From the NCBI GenBank assembly GCA_964016885.1, contig OZ024741.1:237894001-237958000 (forward strand): 64,000 bases of DNA. Reading direction: 5' to 3'. The DNA comes from Eledone cirrhosa. Its lineage: Eukaryota. A model generated the notes under the pieces. The model did not search any database, was not told where the DNA came from, and saw only the letters and a list, made by a program, of their open reading frames with translations. Of this stretch, positions 26,101 to 40,500 are shown in pieces; position 1 is the stretch's first letter, and the number at the start of each line of letters is the position of its first letter. The translations under genes were made by a program, and so were the position numbers.

Positions 26101-27575
26101 TTAATGACAGTACAAGCTTTTAACTACTATACCACACTGACTGTTAACAACTATAAAGGTTATTAACTACTGCATTAAATGTTAACTACTACAGAAGTTG
26201 ATAACTATTACACTACATGTGAACTGCTACACCAACTGTTAACTACTACAAAGCTTATTAAATACTACACTGAATCCTAACTACTGCACAGTATGTTAAC
26301 TACTACACACAATGTTAACTAGTAGAAACGATGTTAATGTCTTCATGCACTGTTGACTAGTACACAGGCTGTTAATTTCTACACAGGCTGTTAACTACAA
26401 CACTACCTGTTAACCTCTACACAGGTTATCTACAAAAAAGTCTGTTAACTACTCCATTGGCTGTTAACTATTACACAGTCTGTTAACTACTACACTACCT
26501 GTTAACTATTAAACAGATAGTAAATACTACAAAGACTGTTAACTATTATACTAACTTTAAACTACTACACAGACTGAATTACTATGCTAGCTGTTAATCA
26601 CTACATAGGCTGTTAGTTACTACACCTGTTAATTAGTACATTAACTGTTCACTACTACCTGGGCTGTTAACTACTAAACTACATTTTAACTACTACATTG
26701 ACTATTAACTACTACAGTGACTGTTAACTACTACATAGGCTGTTAACTGATACATTAACTGTTAACTACTATATAGACTGTTAATTGCTACAATAACTAT
26801 TAACTACTGCACTGATTGTTAACTACTACATAGGCTGTTAACTTGTATATTGAATGCTAACTACTAGACCGACTATTAACTACTACATGGGCTGTTAACT
26901 ACTACACATGTTGTTAACTACTACAGAGGTTGTTAACTATTACACAGGCTGTTAACTACTACACTGTCAGTTAACTACTAAACAAGTTGTTAACTACTAC
27001 ACAGGCTGCTAACTACTACACTAACTGTTTAACTACTACATTAATTGTTAATGCTAAACAGGCTGTTAATTATTACATGCACTGTTACTAGTACATAGGT
27101 TGTTAATTTCTACACAAGCTGTTAACTACTACACTACAAGTTAACTACAACATTACATTTTAACTACTACACTGACTGTTAACTACTAAACAGGTTGTTA
27201 ACTACTACACTGACCGTTAACGACTAGACAAGCTATTAACTACTACACTAACTTTTAACCGCTACACAGGCTGTTAACTACTACACTAACTATTAACTAC
27301 TACACATGCTGTTAACTACTACACCATCTGTTAATTACTACACAGGTTGTTAACCACTCCATATGCTGTTAACTACTACACAGGTTGTTAACTGCTACAC
27401 TGGCTGTTAACTACTGCACATGTCATTTCCAAATACATACATGCTTTTATGCATACAGGTTACTCTTACATGTCTCTGTATTAAGTAACACAAATGCCAT
27501 TAAGTAACAAACATTGTTCACTACTAGATTGTTAACTACTATGTGAACTATTAGCTACATGGCCTGTTAACTTCC
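26101..27575. repeat. Decayed ~21-bp minisatellite CTGTTAACTACTACACAGG-like
   Basis: TGTTAACTACTACAC recurs about every 21 bp with heavy divergence. It is clear to ~27420, with remnants to ~27575. Confidence 0.9.
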
Positions 27576-27614
27576 ATACATCTTATCCTATACAACACAG
27601 CTTATTCATCATAT

Positions 27615-27900
27615 CACAACTGGTTTATCACTAACAGTGTGTATGTTTATATTATAAATATGTTGTTAGTGTTGTTGTCTAGCTACAGTTCAACCCTGAT
27701 CCAGCAGACTTCTCATCAAAACCAATCCAACTGTAACTATTCTATCTTTTCTTTTATTATCCAGTCAAGTATGTTCACACAATCACACTCCATTTACAAC
27801 TGTTCATGAAATTTCACTAACACTGTTTAAGTTTATATTATAAATATGTTATCGTTGTTGTCTAGCTGCAGTTCACCCTGTCTTTTTTATATTGTCCAGT
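27615..27900 (+). repeat. Local direct duplication (~185-bp offset)
   Basis: TCACTAACA..TGT.TA.GTTTATATTATAAATATGTT...GTTGTTGTCTAGCT.CAGTTCA.CCCTG occurs at ~27628-27698 and ~27813-27880. Confidence 0.8.
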
Positions 27901-28064
27901 CTATCCTTTACTTCTTCGATTGACATAGATTTGGTTGCTATTATCAGCAGGTCAAGTATCCAAATACTTGCTATAGTTGTTGTTAATGTTGTTACTGTTG
28001 GTGTTATTGTTGTTTTTGTATCCATGACAGTTGTTCTTAATGCTACTAATAATTTTGTGCTTCC

Positions 28065-28270
28065 CAGGGCAGTGGATTCACAGAGTTGTTGGAACATCAG
28101 ACAAATGCTCTTTATGTTCCAAGTTCAAATCCCATCAAGGTCAACTTTGCCTTTCATCTTTCGAAAGACAATAAAATAAAGTAGCAGTCAAGTTCTGGGG
28201 TTGATAACATCAACACTCCCATCCCTACCAAATTGGCGACCTTGAACTTAAATTAGAAACCGTTATTTCT
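28065..28270 (+). mobile_element. SINE family B, diverged long form
   Basis: AAGTTCAAATCCC...GGTCAACTTTGCCTTTCATC...AAATTAGAAACCGTTATT. Confidence 0.75.
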
Positions 28271-28272
28271 AT

Positions 28273-28487
28273 TGGCAGAATCGGTAGAGCGATGGACAAC
28301 ATGCTTTGCAGCATAGAGTTACAGCCCTTTACATTCTGAGTTCAAATTCGTTGAGGTTAGCTTTGCCTTTCATCCTTACATGGTTGATAAGATAAAGTAT
28401 CAGTAATGCACTGGGGTTCAATTTAATTGACTTCCCGACATCCCTTCAAATTACTGACCTTGAACCTAAATGTAGAAACTATTATTT
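28273..28487 (+). mobile_element. SINE family B, second head-to-tail copy
   Basis: TGGCAGAATCGGTAGAGC (A box)...CTGAGTTCAAATTC (B box)...CTTTGCCTTTCATCCTTAC...GTAGAAACTATTATT. Confidence 0.8.
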
Positions 28488-28554
28488 CTGTGCTTGTCTC
28501 CCAGTTTGTTTTTATTATTGGTGCTGTTTTTAGTGGTGTTGTTTTTGTTGCTGA

Positions 28555-31500
28555 GGTTATTGTTGTTGTGTTGGTTGTTATTGTAGTTATTGCTGCTGTT
28601 ATTGTAGTTATTGCTGCTGTTATTGTAGTTATTGCTGCTGTTATTGTTGTGTTGGTTGTTATTGTTGTTATTGTTGTGTTGGTTGTTATTGTTGTTATTG
28701 TTGTGATGGTTGTTACTGTTGTTATTGTTGTGATGGTTGTTACTGTTGTTATTGTTGTGTTGGTTGTTACTGTTGTTATTGTTGTGATGGTTGTTATTGT
28801 TGTGTTGGTTGTTATTGTTGTGATGGTTGTTACTGTTGTTATTGTTGTGATGGTTGTTATTGTTGTGTTGGTTGTTATTGTTGTGTTGGTTGTTACTGTT
28901 GTTATTGTTGTGATGGTTGTTATTGTTGTGTTGGTTGTTACTGTTGTTATTATTGTGTTGGTTGTTATTGTTGTTATTGTTGTGTTGGTTGTTACTGTTG
29001 TTATTGTTGTTATTGTTGTGATGGTTGTTATTGTTGTTATTGTTGTGTTGGTTGTTATTGTTGTGATGGTTGTTATTGTTGTGTTGGTTGTTACTGTTGT
29101 TATTATTGTGTTGGTTGTTACTGTTGTTATTGTTGTGTTGGTTGTTACTGTTGTTATTGTTGTGTTGGTTGTTATTGTTGTTATTGTTGTGTTGGTTGTT
29201 ACTGTTGTTATTGTGGTGTTGGTTGTTACTGTTGTGTTGGTTGTTACTGTTGTTATTGTTGTTATTGTTGTGTTGGTTGTTACTGTTGTTATTGTGGTGT
29301 TGGTTGTTATTGTTGTGTTGGTTGTTACTGTTGTTATTGTTGTGTTGGTTGTTACTGTTATTGTTGTGATGGTTGTTATTGTTGTTATTGTTGTGTTGGT
29401 TGTTATTGTTGTGATGGTTGTTACTGTTGTTATTATTGTGTTGGTTGTTACTGTTATTGTTGTGATGGTTGTTATTGTTGTTATTGTTGTGTTGGTTGTT
29501 ATTGTTGTGATGGTTGTTATTGTTGTGTTGGTTGTTACTGTTGTTATTATTGTGTTGGTTGTTACTGTTGTTATTGTTGTGTTGGTTGTTATTGTTGTTA
29601 TTGTTGTGTTGGTTGTTACTGTTGTTATTGTGGTGTTGGTTGTTACTGTTGTGTTGGTTGTTACTGTTGTTATTGTTGTTATTGTTGTGTTGGTTGTTAC
29701 TGTTGTTATTGTTGTGTTGGTTGTTATTGTTGTGTTGGTTGTTATTGTTGTTATTATTGTGTTGGATGTTACTGTTGTTATTGATGTGTTGGTTGTTATT
29801 GTTGTTATTGTTGTGTTGGTTGTTACTGTTGTTATTGTGGTGTTGGTTGTTATTGTTGTGTTGGTTGTTACTGTTGTTATTGTTGTTATTGTTGTGTTGG
29901 TTGTTATTGTTGTTATTGTTGTGTTGGTTGTTACTGTTGTTATTGTGGTGTTGGTTGTTATTGTTGTTATTGTTGTGTTGGTTGTTATTGTTGTTATTGT
30001 TGTGTTGGTTGTTACTGTTGTTATTGTTGTGTTGGTTGTTATTGTTGTTATTGTTGTGTTGGTTGTTGTTGTTGTTATTATTGTGTTGGTTGTTATTGTT
30101 GTTATTGTTGTGTTGGTTGTTATTGTTGTTATTGTTGTGTTGGTTGTTACTGTTGTTATTGTGGTGTTGGTTGTTATTGTTGTTATTGTTGTGTTGGTTG
30201 TTATTGTTGTTATTATTGTGTTGGTTGTTATTGTTGTTATTGTTGTGTTGGTTGTTATTGTTGTTATTGTTGTGTTGGTTGTTACTGTTGTTATTGTTGT
30301 GTTGGTTGTTATTGTTGTTATTGTTGTGTTGGTTGTTGTTGTTGTTATTATTGTGTTGGTTGTTATTGTTGTTATTGTTGTGTTGGTTGTTATTGTTGTT
30401 ATTGTTGTGTTGGTTGTTACTGTTGTTATTGTGGTGTTGGTTGTTATTGTTGTTATTGTTGTGTTGGTTGTTATTGTTGTTATTATTGTGTTGGTTGTTA
30501 TTGTTGTTATTGTTGTTATTGTTGTGTTGGTTGTTACTGTTGTTATTGTTGTGTTGGTTGTTATTGTTGTTATTGTTGTGTTGGTTGTTGTTGTTGTTAT
30601 TATTGTGTTGGTTGTTATTGTTGTTATTGTTGTGTTGGTTGTTATTGTTGTTATTGTTGTGTTGGTTGTTACTGTTGTTATTGTTGTGTTGGTTGTTATT
30701 GTTGTTATTATTGTGTTGGTTGTTATTGTTGTTATTGTTGTGTTGGTTGTTATTGTTGTTATTGTTGTGTTGGTTGTTACTGTTGTTATTGTTGTGTTGG
30801 TTGCTATTGTTGTTATTGTTGTGTTGGTTGTTGTTGTTGTTATTGTTGTGTTGGTTGTTACTGTTGTTATTGTTGTGTTGGTTGCTATTGTTGTTATTGT
30901 TGTGTTGGTTGTTACTGTTGTTATTATTGTGTTGGTTGTTATTGTTGTTATTGTTGTGTTGGTTGTTGTTGTTGTTATTGTTGTGTTGGTTGTTACTGTT
31001 GTTATTGTTGTGTTGGTTGTTACTGTTGTTATTGTTGTGTTGGTTGTTATTGTTGTTATTGTTGTGTTGGTTGTTACTGTTGTTATTGTTGTGTTGGTTG
31101 TTGTTGTTGTTATTATTGTGTTGGTTGTTACTGTTGTTATTGTTGTGTTGGTTGTTACTGTTGTTATTGTTGTGTTGGTTGTTATTGTTGTTATTGTTGT
31201 GTTGGTTGTTACTGTTGTTATTGTTGTGTTGGTTGTTACTGTTGTTATTGTTGTGTTGGTTGTTACTGTTGTTATTGTGGTGTTGGTTGTTATTGTTGTT
31301 ATTGTTGTGTTGGTTGTTATTGTTGTTATTGTTGTGTTGGTTGTTGTTGTTGTTATTATTGTGTTGGTTGTTACTGTTGTTATTGTTGTGTTGGTTGTTA
31401 CTGTTGTTATTGTTGTGTTGGTTGTTATTGTTGTTATTGTTGTGTTGGTTGTTATTGTTGTTATTGTTGTGTTGGTTGTTACTGTTGTTATTGTTGTGTT

Positions 31501-34500
31501 GGTTGTTATTGTTGTTATTGTTGTGTTGGTTGTTACTGTTGTTATTGTTGTGTTGGTTGTTACTGTTGTTATTGTTGTGTTGGTTGTTATTGTTGTTATT
31601 GTTGTGTTGGTTGTTACTGTTGTTATTGTTGTGTTGGTTGTTATTGTTGTTATTGTTGTGTTGGTTGTTATTGTTGTTATTGTTGTGTTGGTTGTTGTTG
31701 TTGTTATTATTGTGTTGGTTGTTACTGTTGTTATTGTTGTGTTGGTTGTTACTGTTGTTATTGTTGTGTTGGTTGTTATTGTTGTTATTGTTGTGTTGGT
31801 TGTTTACTGTTGTTATTGTTGTGTTGGTTGTTACTGTTGTTATTGTGGTGTTGGTTGTTATTGTTGTTATTGTTGTGTTGGTTGTTATTGTTGTTATTGT
31901 TGTGTTGGTTGTTGTTGTTGTTATTATTGTGTTGGTTGTTACTGTTGTTATTGTTGTGTTGGTTGTTACTGTTGTTATTGTTGTGTTGGTTGTTATTGTT
32001 GTTATTGTTGTGTTGGTTGTTAATGTTGTTATTGTTGTGTTGGTTGTTACTGTTGTTATTGTTGTGTTGGTTGTTATTGTTGTTATTGTTGTGTTGGTTG
32101 TTACTGTTGTTATTGTTGTGTTGGTTGTTACTGTTGTTATTGTTGTGTTGGTTGTTATTGTTGTTATTGTTGTGTTGGTTGTTACTGTTGTTATTGTGGT
32201 GTTGGTTGTTGTTGTTATTGTTGTGTTGGTTGTTATTGTTGTTATTGTTGTGTTGGTTGTTGTTGTTGTTATTATTGTGTTGGTTGTTACTGTTGTTATT
32301 GTTGTGTTGGTTGTTACTGTTGTTATTGTTGTGTTGGTTGTTATTGTTGTTATTGTTGTGTTGGTTGTTGTTGTTGTTATTGTTGTGTTGGTTGTTGTTG
32401 TTGTTATTGTTGTGTTGGTTGTTATTGTTGTTATTGTTGTGTTGGTTGTTACTGTTGTTATTGTTGTGTTGGTTGTTATTGTTGTTATTGTTGTGTTGGT
32501 TGTTACTGTTGTTATTGTTGTGTTGGTTGTTACTGTTGTTATTGTTGTGTTGGTTGTTATTGTTGTTATTGTTGTGTTGGTTGTTACTGTGTTATTGTGG
32601 TGTTGGTTGTTATTGTTGTTATTATTGTGTTGGTTGTTACTGTTGTTATTGTGGTGTTGGTTGTTATTGTTGTTATTGTTGTGTTGGTTGTTACTGTTGT
32701 TATTGTTGTGTTGGTTGTTGTTGTTATTGTTGTGTTGGTTGTTATTGTTGTTATTGTTGTGTTGGTTGTTATTGTTGTTATTGTTGTGTTGGTTGTTACT
32801 GTTGTTATTGTGGTGTTGGTTGTTATTGTTGTTATTGTTGTGTTGGTTGTTGTTGTTATTGTTGTGTTGGTTGTTATTGTTGTTATTGTTGTGTTGGTTG
32901 TTATTGTTGTTATTGTTGTGTTGGTTGTTACTGTTGTTATTGTTGTGTTGGTTGTTGTTGTTATTGTTGTGTTGGTTGTTATTGTTGTTATTGTTGTGTT
33001 GGTTGTTATTGTTGTTATTGTTGTGTTGGTTGTTACTGTTGTTATTGTTGTGTTGGTTGTTGTTGTTATTGTTGTGTTGGTTGTTATTGTTGTTATTGTT
33101 GTGTTGGTTGTTGTTGTTATTGTTGTGTTGGTTGTTATTGTTGTTATTGTTGTGTTGGTTGTTGTTGTTATTGTTGTGTTGGTTGTTACTGTTGTTATTG
33201 TTGTGTTGGTTGTTATTGTTGTTATTGTTGTGTTGCTTGTTACTGTTGTTATTGTTGTGTTGGTTGTTGTTGTTATTGTTGTGTTGGTTGTTATTGTTGT
33301 TATTGTTGTGTTGGTTGTTGTTGTGGTTATTGTTGTTATTGTTGTGTTGGTTGTTATTGTTGTTACTGTTGTTATTGTTGTGTTGGTTGTTATTGTTGTT
33401 ACTGTTGTTATTGTTGTGTTGGTTGTTGTTGTTGTTATTGTTGTGTTGGTTGTTACTGTTGTTATTGTTGTGTTGGTTGTTACTGTTGTTATTGTTGTGT
33501 TGGTTGTTATTGTTGTGTTGGTTGTTATTGTTGTTATTGTTGTGTTGGTTGTTACTGTTGTTATTGTTGTGTTGGTTGTTGTTGTTGTTATTATTGTGTT
33601 GGTTGTTACTGTTGTTATTGTTGTGTTGGTTGTTACTGTTGTTATTGTTGTGTTGGTTGTTATTGTTGTTATTGTTGTGTTGGTTGTTACTGTTGTTATT
33701 GTTGTGTTGGTTGTTACTGTTTTTATTGTTGTGTTGGTTGTTACTGTTGTTATTGTGGTGTTGGTTGTTATTGTTGTTATTGTTGTGTTGGTTGTTATTG
33801 TTGTTATTGTTGTGTTGGTTGTTGTTGTTGTTATTATTGTGTTGGTTGTTACTGTTGTTATTGTTGTGTTGGTTGTTACTGTTGTTATTGTTGTGTTGGT
33901 TGTTATTGTTGTTATTGTTGTGTTGGTTGTTAATGTTGTTATTGTTGTGTTGGTTGTTACTGTTGTTATTGTTGTGTTGGTTGTTATTGTTGTTATTGTT
34001 GTGTTGGTTGTTACTGTTGTTATTGTTGTGTTGGTTGTTACTGTTGTTATTGTTGTGTTGGTTGTTATTGTTGTTATTGTTGTGTTGGTTGTTACTGTTG
34101 TTATTGTGGTGTTGGTTGTTATTGTTGTTATTGTTGTGTTGGTTGTTATTGTTGTTATTGTTGTGTTGGTTGTTGTTGTTGTTATTATTGTGTTGGTTGT
34201 TACTGTTGTTATTGTTGTGTTGGTTGTTACTGTTGTTATTGTTGTGTTGGTTGTTATTGTTGTTATTGTTGTGTTGGTTGTTGTTGTTGTTATTGTTGTG
34301 TTGGTTGTTGTTGTTGTTATTGTTGTGTTGGTTGTTATTGTTGTTATTGTTGTGTTGGTTGTTACTGTTGTTATTGTTGTGTTGGTTGTTATTGTTGTTA
34401 TTGTTGTGTTGGTTGTTACTGTTGTTATTGTTGTGTTGGTTGTTACTGTTGTTATTGTTGTGTTGGTTGTTATTGTTGTTATTGTTGTGTTGGTTGTTAC

Positions 34501-37500
34501 TGTTGTTATTGTGGTGTTGGTTGTTATTGTTGTTATTATTGTGTTGGTTGTTACTGTTGTTATTGTGGTGTTGGTTGTTATTGTTGTTATTGTTGTGTTG
34601 GTTGTTACTGTTGTTATTGTTGTGTTGGTTGTTGTTGTTATTGTTGTGTTGGTTGTTATTGTTGTTATTGTTGTGTTGGTTGTTATTGTTGTTATTGTTG
34701 TGTTGGTTGTTACTGTTGTTATTGTGGTGTTGGTTGTTATTGTTGTTATTGTTGTGTTGGTTGTTGTTGTTATTGTTGTGTTGGTTGTTATTGTTGTTAT
34801 TGTTGTGTTGGTTGTTATTGTTGTTATTGTTGTGTTGGTTGTTACTGTTGTTATTGTTGTGTTGGTTGTTGTTGTTATTGTTGTGTTGGTTGTTATTGTT
34901 GTTATTGTTGTGTTGGTTGTTATTGTTGTTATTGTTGTGTTGGTTGTTACTGTTGTTATTGTTGTGTTGGTTGTTGTTGTTATTGTTGTGTTGGTTGTTA
35001 TTGTTGTTATTGTTGTGTTGGTTGTTGTTGTTATTGTTGTGTTGGTTGTTATTGTTGTTATTGTTGTGTTGGTTGTTGTTGTTATTGTTGTGTTGGTTGT
35101 TACTGTTGTTATTGTTGTGTTGGTTGTTATTGTTGTTATTGTTGTGTTGCTTGTTACTGTTGTTATTGTTGTGTTGGTTGTTGTTGTTATTGTTGTGTTG
35201 GTTGTTATTGTTGTTATTGTTGTGTTGGTTGTTGTTGTGGTTATTGTTGTTATTGTTGTGTTGGTTGTTATTGTTGTTACTGTTGTTATTGTTGTGTTGG
35301 TTGTTATTGTTGTTACTGTTGTTATTGTTGTGTTGGTTGTTGTTGTTGTTATTGTTGTGTTGGTTGTTACTGTTGTTATTGTTGTGTTGGTTGTTACTGT
35401 TGTTATTGTTGTGTTGGTTGTTATTGTTGTGTTGGTTGTTATTGTTGTTATTGTTGTGTTGGTTGTTACTGTTGTTATTGTTGTGTCGGTTGTTGTTGTT
35501 GTTATTATTGTGTTGGTTGTTACTGTTGTTATTGTTGTGTTGGTTGTTACTGTTGTTATTGCTGTGTTGGTTGTTATTGTTGTTATTGTTGTGTTGGTTG
35601 TTACTGTTGTTATTGTTGTGTTGGTTGTTACTGTTTTTATTGTTGTGTTGGTTGTTACTGTTGTTATTGTGGTGTTGGTTGTTATTGTTGTTATTGTTGT
35701 GTTGGTTGTTGTTGTTGTTATTATTGTGTTGGTTGTTACTGTTGTTATTGTTGTGTTGGTTGTTACTGTTGTTATTGTTGTGTTGGTTGTTATTGTTGTT
35801 ATTATTGTGTTGGTTGTTACTGTTGTTATTGTTGTGTTGGTTGTTACTGTTGTTATTGTTGTGTTGGTTGTTATTGTTGTTATTGTTGTGTTGGTTGTTG
35901 TTGTTGTTATTGTTGTGTTGGTTGTTACTGTTGTTATTGTTGTGTTGGTTGTTACTGTTGTTATTGTTGTGTTGGTTGTTATTGTTGTTATTGTTGTGTT
36001 GGTTGTTACTGTTGTTATTGTTGTGTTGGTTGTTGTTGTTGTTATTATTGTGTTGGTTGTTACTGTTGTTATTGTTGTGTTGGTTGTTACTGTTGTTATT
36101 GTTGTGTTGGTTGTTATTGTTGTTATTGTTGTGTTGGTTGTTACTGTTGTTATTGTTGTGTTGGTTGTTACTGTTGTTATTGTTGTGTTGGTTGTTACTG
36201 TTGTTATTGTGGTGTTGGTTGTTATTGTTGTTATTGTTGTGTTGGTTGTTATTGTTGTTATTGTTGTGTTGGTTGTTGTTGTTGTTATTATTGTGTTGGT
36301 TGTTACTGTTGTTATTGTTGTGTTGGTTGTTACTGTTGTTATTGTTGTGTTGGTTGTTATTGTTGTTATTGTTGTGTTGGTTGTTATTGTTGTTATTGTT
36401 GTGTTGGTTGTTACTGTTGTTATTGTTGTGTTGGTTGTTATTGTTGTTATTGTTGTGTTGGTTGTTACTGTTGTTATTGTTGTGTTGGTTGTTACTGTTG
36501 TTATTGTTGTGTTGGTTGTTATTGTTGTTATTGTTGTGTTGGTTGTTACTGTTGTTATTGTGGTGTTGGTTGTTATTGTTGTTATTGTTGTGTTGGTTGT
36601 TATTGTTGTTATTGTTGTGTTGGTTGTTGTTATTATTGTGTTGGTTGTTACTGTTGTTATTGTTGTGTTGGTTGTTACTGTTGTTATTGTTGTGTTGGTT
36701 GTTATTGTTGTTATTGTTGTGTTGGTTGTTACTGTTGTTATTGTTGTGTTGGTTGTTACTGTTGTTATTGTGGTGTTGGTTGTTATTGTTGTTATTGTTG
36801 TGTTGGTTGTTATTGTTGTTATTGTTGTGTTGGTTGTTGTTGTTGTTATTATTGTGTTGGTTGTTACTGTTGTTATTGTTGTGTTGGTTGTTACTGTTGT
36901 TATTGTTGTGTTGGTTGTTACTGTTGTTATTGTTGTGTTGGTTGTTATTGTTGTTATTGTTGTGTTGGTTGTTACTGTTGTTATTGTGGTGTTGGTTGTT
37001 ATTGTTGTTATTGTTGTGTTGGTTGTTATTGTTGTTATTGTTGTGTTGGTTGTTGTTGTTGTTATTATTGTGTTGGTTGTTACTGTTGTTATTGTTGTGT
37101 TGGTTGTTACTGTTGTTATTGTTGTGTTGGTTGTTATTGTTGTTATTGTTGTGTTGGTTGTTGTTGTTATTGTTGTGTTGGTTGTTGTTGTTGTTATTGT
37201 TGTGTTGGTTGTTATTGTTGTTATTGTTGTGTTGGTTGTTACTGTTGTTATTGTTGTGTTGGTTGTTATTGTTGTTATTGTTGTGTTGGTTGTTACTGTT
37301 GTTATTGTTGTGTTGGTTGTTACTGTTGTTATTGTTGTGTTGGTTGTTATTGTTGTTATTGTTGTGTTGGTTGTTACTGTTGTTATTGTGGTGTTGGTTG
37401 TTATTGTTGTTATTGTTGTGTTGGTTGTTACTGTTGTTATTGTGGTGTTGGTTGTTATTGTTGTTATTGTTGTGTTGGTTGTTGCTGTTGTTATTGTTGT

Positions 37501-40500
37501 GTTGGTTGTTGTTGTTATTGTTGTGTTGGTTGTTATTGTTGTTATTGTTGTGTTGGTTGTTATTGTTGTTATTGTTGTGTTGGTTGTTACTGTTGTTATT
37601 GTGGTGTTGGTTGTTATTGTTGTTATTGTTGTGTTGGTTGTTGTTGTTATTGTTGTGTTGGTTGTTATTGTTGTTATTGTTGTGTTGGTTGTTATTGTTG
37701 TTATTGTTGTGTTGGTTGTTACTGTTGTTATTGTTGTGTTGGTTGTTGTTGTTATTGTTGTGTTGGTTGTTATTGTTGTTATTGTTGTGTTGGTTGTTAT
37801 TGTTGTTATTGTTGTGTTGGTTGTTACTGTTGTTATTGTTGTGTTGGTTGTTGTTGTTATTGTTGTGTTGGTTGTTATTGTTGTTATTGTTGTGTTGGTT
37901 GTTGTTGTTATTGTTGTGTTGGTTGTTATTGTTGTTATTGTTGTGTTGGTTGTTGTTGTTATTGTTGTGTTGGTTGTTACTGTTGTTATTGTTGTGTTGG
38001 TTGTTATTGTTGTTATTGTTGTGTTGGTTGTTATTGTTGTTATTGTTGTGTTGGTTGTTGTTGTTGTTATTGTTGTGTTGGTTGTTACTGTTGTTATTGT
38101 TGTGTTGGTTGTTACTGGTGTTATTGTTGTGTTGGTTGTTATTGTTGTTATTGTTGTGTTGGTTGTTACTGTTGTTATTGTTGTGTTGGTTGTTGTTGTT
38201 GTTATTATTGTGTTGGTTGTTACTGTTGTTATTGTTGTGTTGGTTGTTACTGTTGTTATTGTTGTGTTGGTTGTTATTGTTGTTATTGTTGTGTTGGTTG
38301 TTACTGTTGTTATTGTTGTGTTGGTTGTTACTGTTGTTATTGTTGTGTTGGTTGTTACTGTTGTTATTGTGGTGTTGGTTGTTATTGTTGTTATTGTTGT
38401 GTTGGTTGTTATTGTTGTTATTGTTGTGTTGGTTGTTGTTGTTGTTATTATTGTGTTGGTTGTTACTGTTGTTATTGTTGTGTTGGTTGTTACTGTTGTT
38501 ATTGTTGTGTTGGTTGTTATTGTTGTTATTGTTGTGTTGGTTGTTATTGTTGTTATTGTTGTGTTGGTTGTTACTGTTGTTATTGTTGTGTTGGTTGTTA
38601 TTGTTGTTATTGTTGTGTTGGTTGTTACTGTTGTTATTGTTGTGTTGGTTGTTACTGTTGTTATTGTTGTGTTGGTTGTTATTGTTGTTATTGTTGTGTT
38701 GGTTGTTACTGTTGTTATTGTGGTGTTGGTTGTTATTGTTGTTATTGTTGTGTTGGTTGTTATTGTTGTTATTGTTGTGTTGGTTGTTGTTGTTGTTATT
38801 ATTGTGTTGGTTGTTACTGTTGTTATTGTTGTGTTGGTTGTTACTGTTGTTATTGTTGTGTTGGTTGTTATTGTTGTTATTGTTGTGTTGGTTGTTACTG
38901 TTGTTATTGTTGTGTTGGTTGTTACTGTTGTTATTGTGGTGTTGGTTGTTATTGTTGTTATTGTTGTGTTGGTTGTTATTGTTGTTATTGTTGTGTTGGT
39001 TGTTGTTGTTGTTATTATTGTGTTGGTTGTTACTGTTGTTATTGTTGTGTTGGTTGTTACTGTTGTTATTGTTGTGTTGGTTGTTATTGTTGTTATTGTT
39101 GTGTTGGTTGTTATTGTTGTTATTGTTGTGTTGGTTGTTACTGTTGTTATTGTTGTGTTGGTTGTTATTGTTGTTATTGTTGTGTTGGTTGTTACTGTTG
39201 TTATTGTTGTGTTGGTTGTTACTGTTGTTATTGTTGTGTTGGTTGTTATTGTTGTTATTGTTGTGTTGGTTGTTACTGTTGTTATTGTGGTGTTGGTTGT
39301 TATTGTTGTTATTGTTGTGTTGGTTGTTATTGTTGTTATTGTTGTGTTGGTTGTTGTTGTTGTTATTATTGTGTTGGTTGTTACTGTTGTTATTGTTGTG
39401 TTGGTTGTTACTGTTGTTATTGTTGTGTTGGTTGTTATTGTTGTTATTGTTGTGTTGGTTGTTGTTGTTATTGTTGTGTTGGTTGTTGTTGTTGTCATTG
39501 TTGTGTTGGTTGTTATTGTTGTTATTGTTGTGTTGGTTGTTACTGTTGTTATTGTTGTGTTGGTTGTTATTGTTGTTATTGTTGTGTTGGTTGTTACTGT
39601 TGTTATTGTTGTGTTGGTTGTTACTGTTGTTATTGTTGTGTTGGTTGTTATTGTTGTTATTGTTGTGTTGGTTGTTACTGTTGTTATTGTGGTGTTGGTT
39701 GTTATTGTTGTTATTGTTGTGTTGGTTGTTACTGTTGTTATTGTGGTGTTGGTTGTTATTGTTGTTATTGTTGTGTTGGTTGTTACTGTTGTTATTGTTG
39801 TGTTGGTTGTTGTTGTTATTGTTGTGTTGGTTGTTATTGTTGTTATTGTTGTGTTGGTTGTTATTGTTGTTATTGTTGTGTTGGTTGTTACTGTTGTTAT
39901 TGTGGTGTTGGTTGTTATTGTTGTTATTGTTGTGTTGGTTGTTGTTGTTATTGTTGTGTTGGTTGTTATTGTTGTTATTGTTGTGTTGGTTGTTATTGTT
40001 GTTATTGTTGTGTTGGTTGTTACTGTTGTTATTGTTGTGTTGGTTGTTGTTGTTATTGTTGTGTTGGTTGTTATTGTTGTTATTGTTGTGTTGGTTGTTA
40101 TTGTTGTTATTGTTGTGTTGGTTGTTACTGTTGTTATTGTTGTGTTGGTTGTTGTTGTTATTGTTGTGTTGGTTGTTATTGTTGTTATTGTTGTGTTGGT
40201 TGTTGTTGTTATTGTTGTGTTGGTTGTTATTGTTGTTATTGTTGTGTTGGTTGTTGTTGTTATTGTTGTGTTGGTTGTTACTGTTGTTATTGTTGTGTTG
40301 GTTGTTATTGTTGTTATTGTTGTGTTGGTTGTTATTGTTGTTATTGTTGTGTTGGTTGTTACTGTTGTTATTGTTGAGTTGGTTGTTACTGTTGTTATTG
40401 TTGTGTTGGTTGTTACTGTTGTTATTGTTGTGTTGGTTGTTGTTGTTATTGTTGTGTTGGTTGTTATTGTTGTTATTGTTGTGTTGCTTGTTACTGTTGT

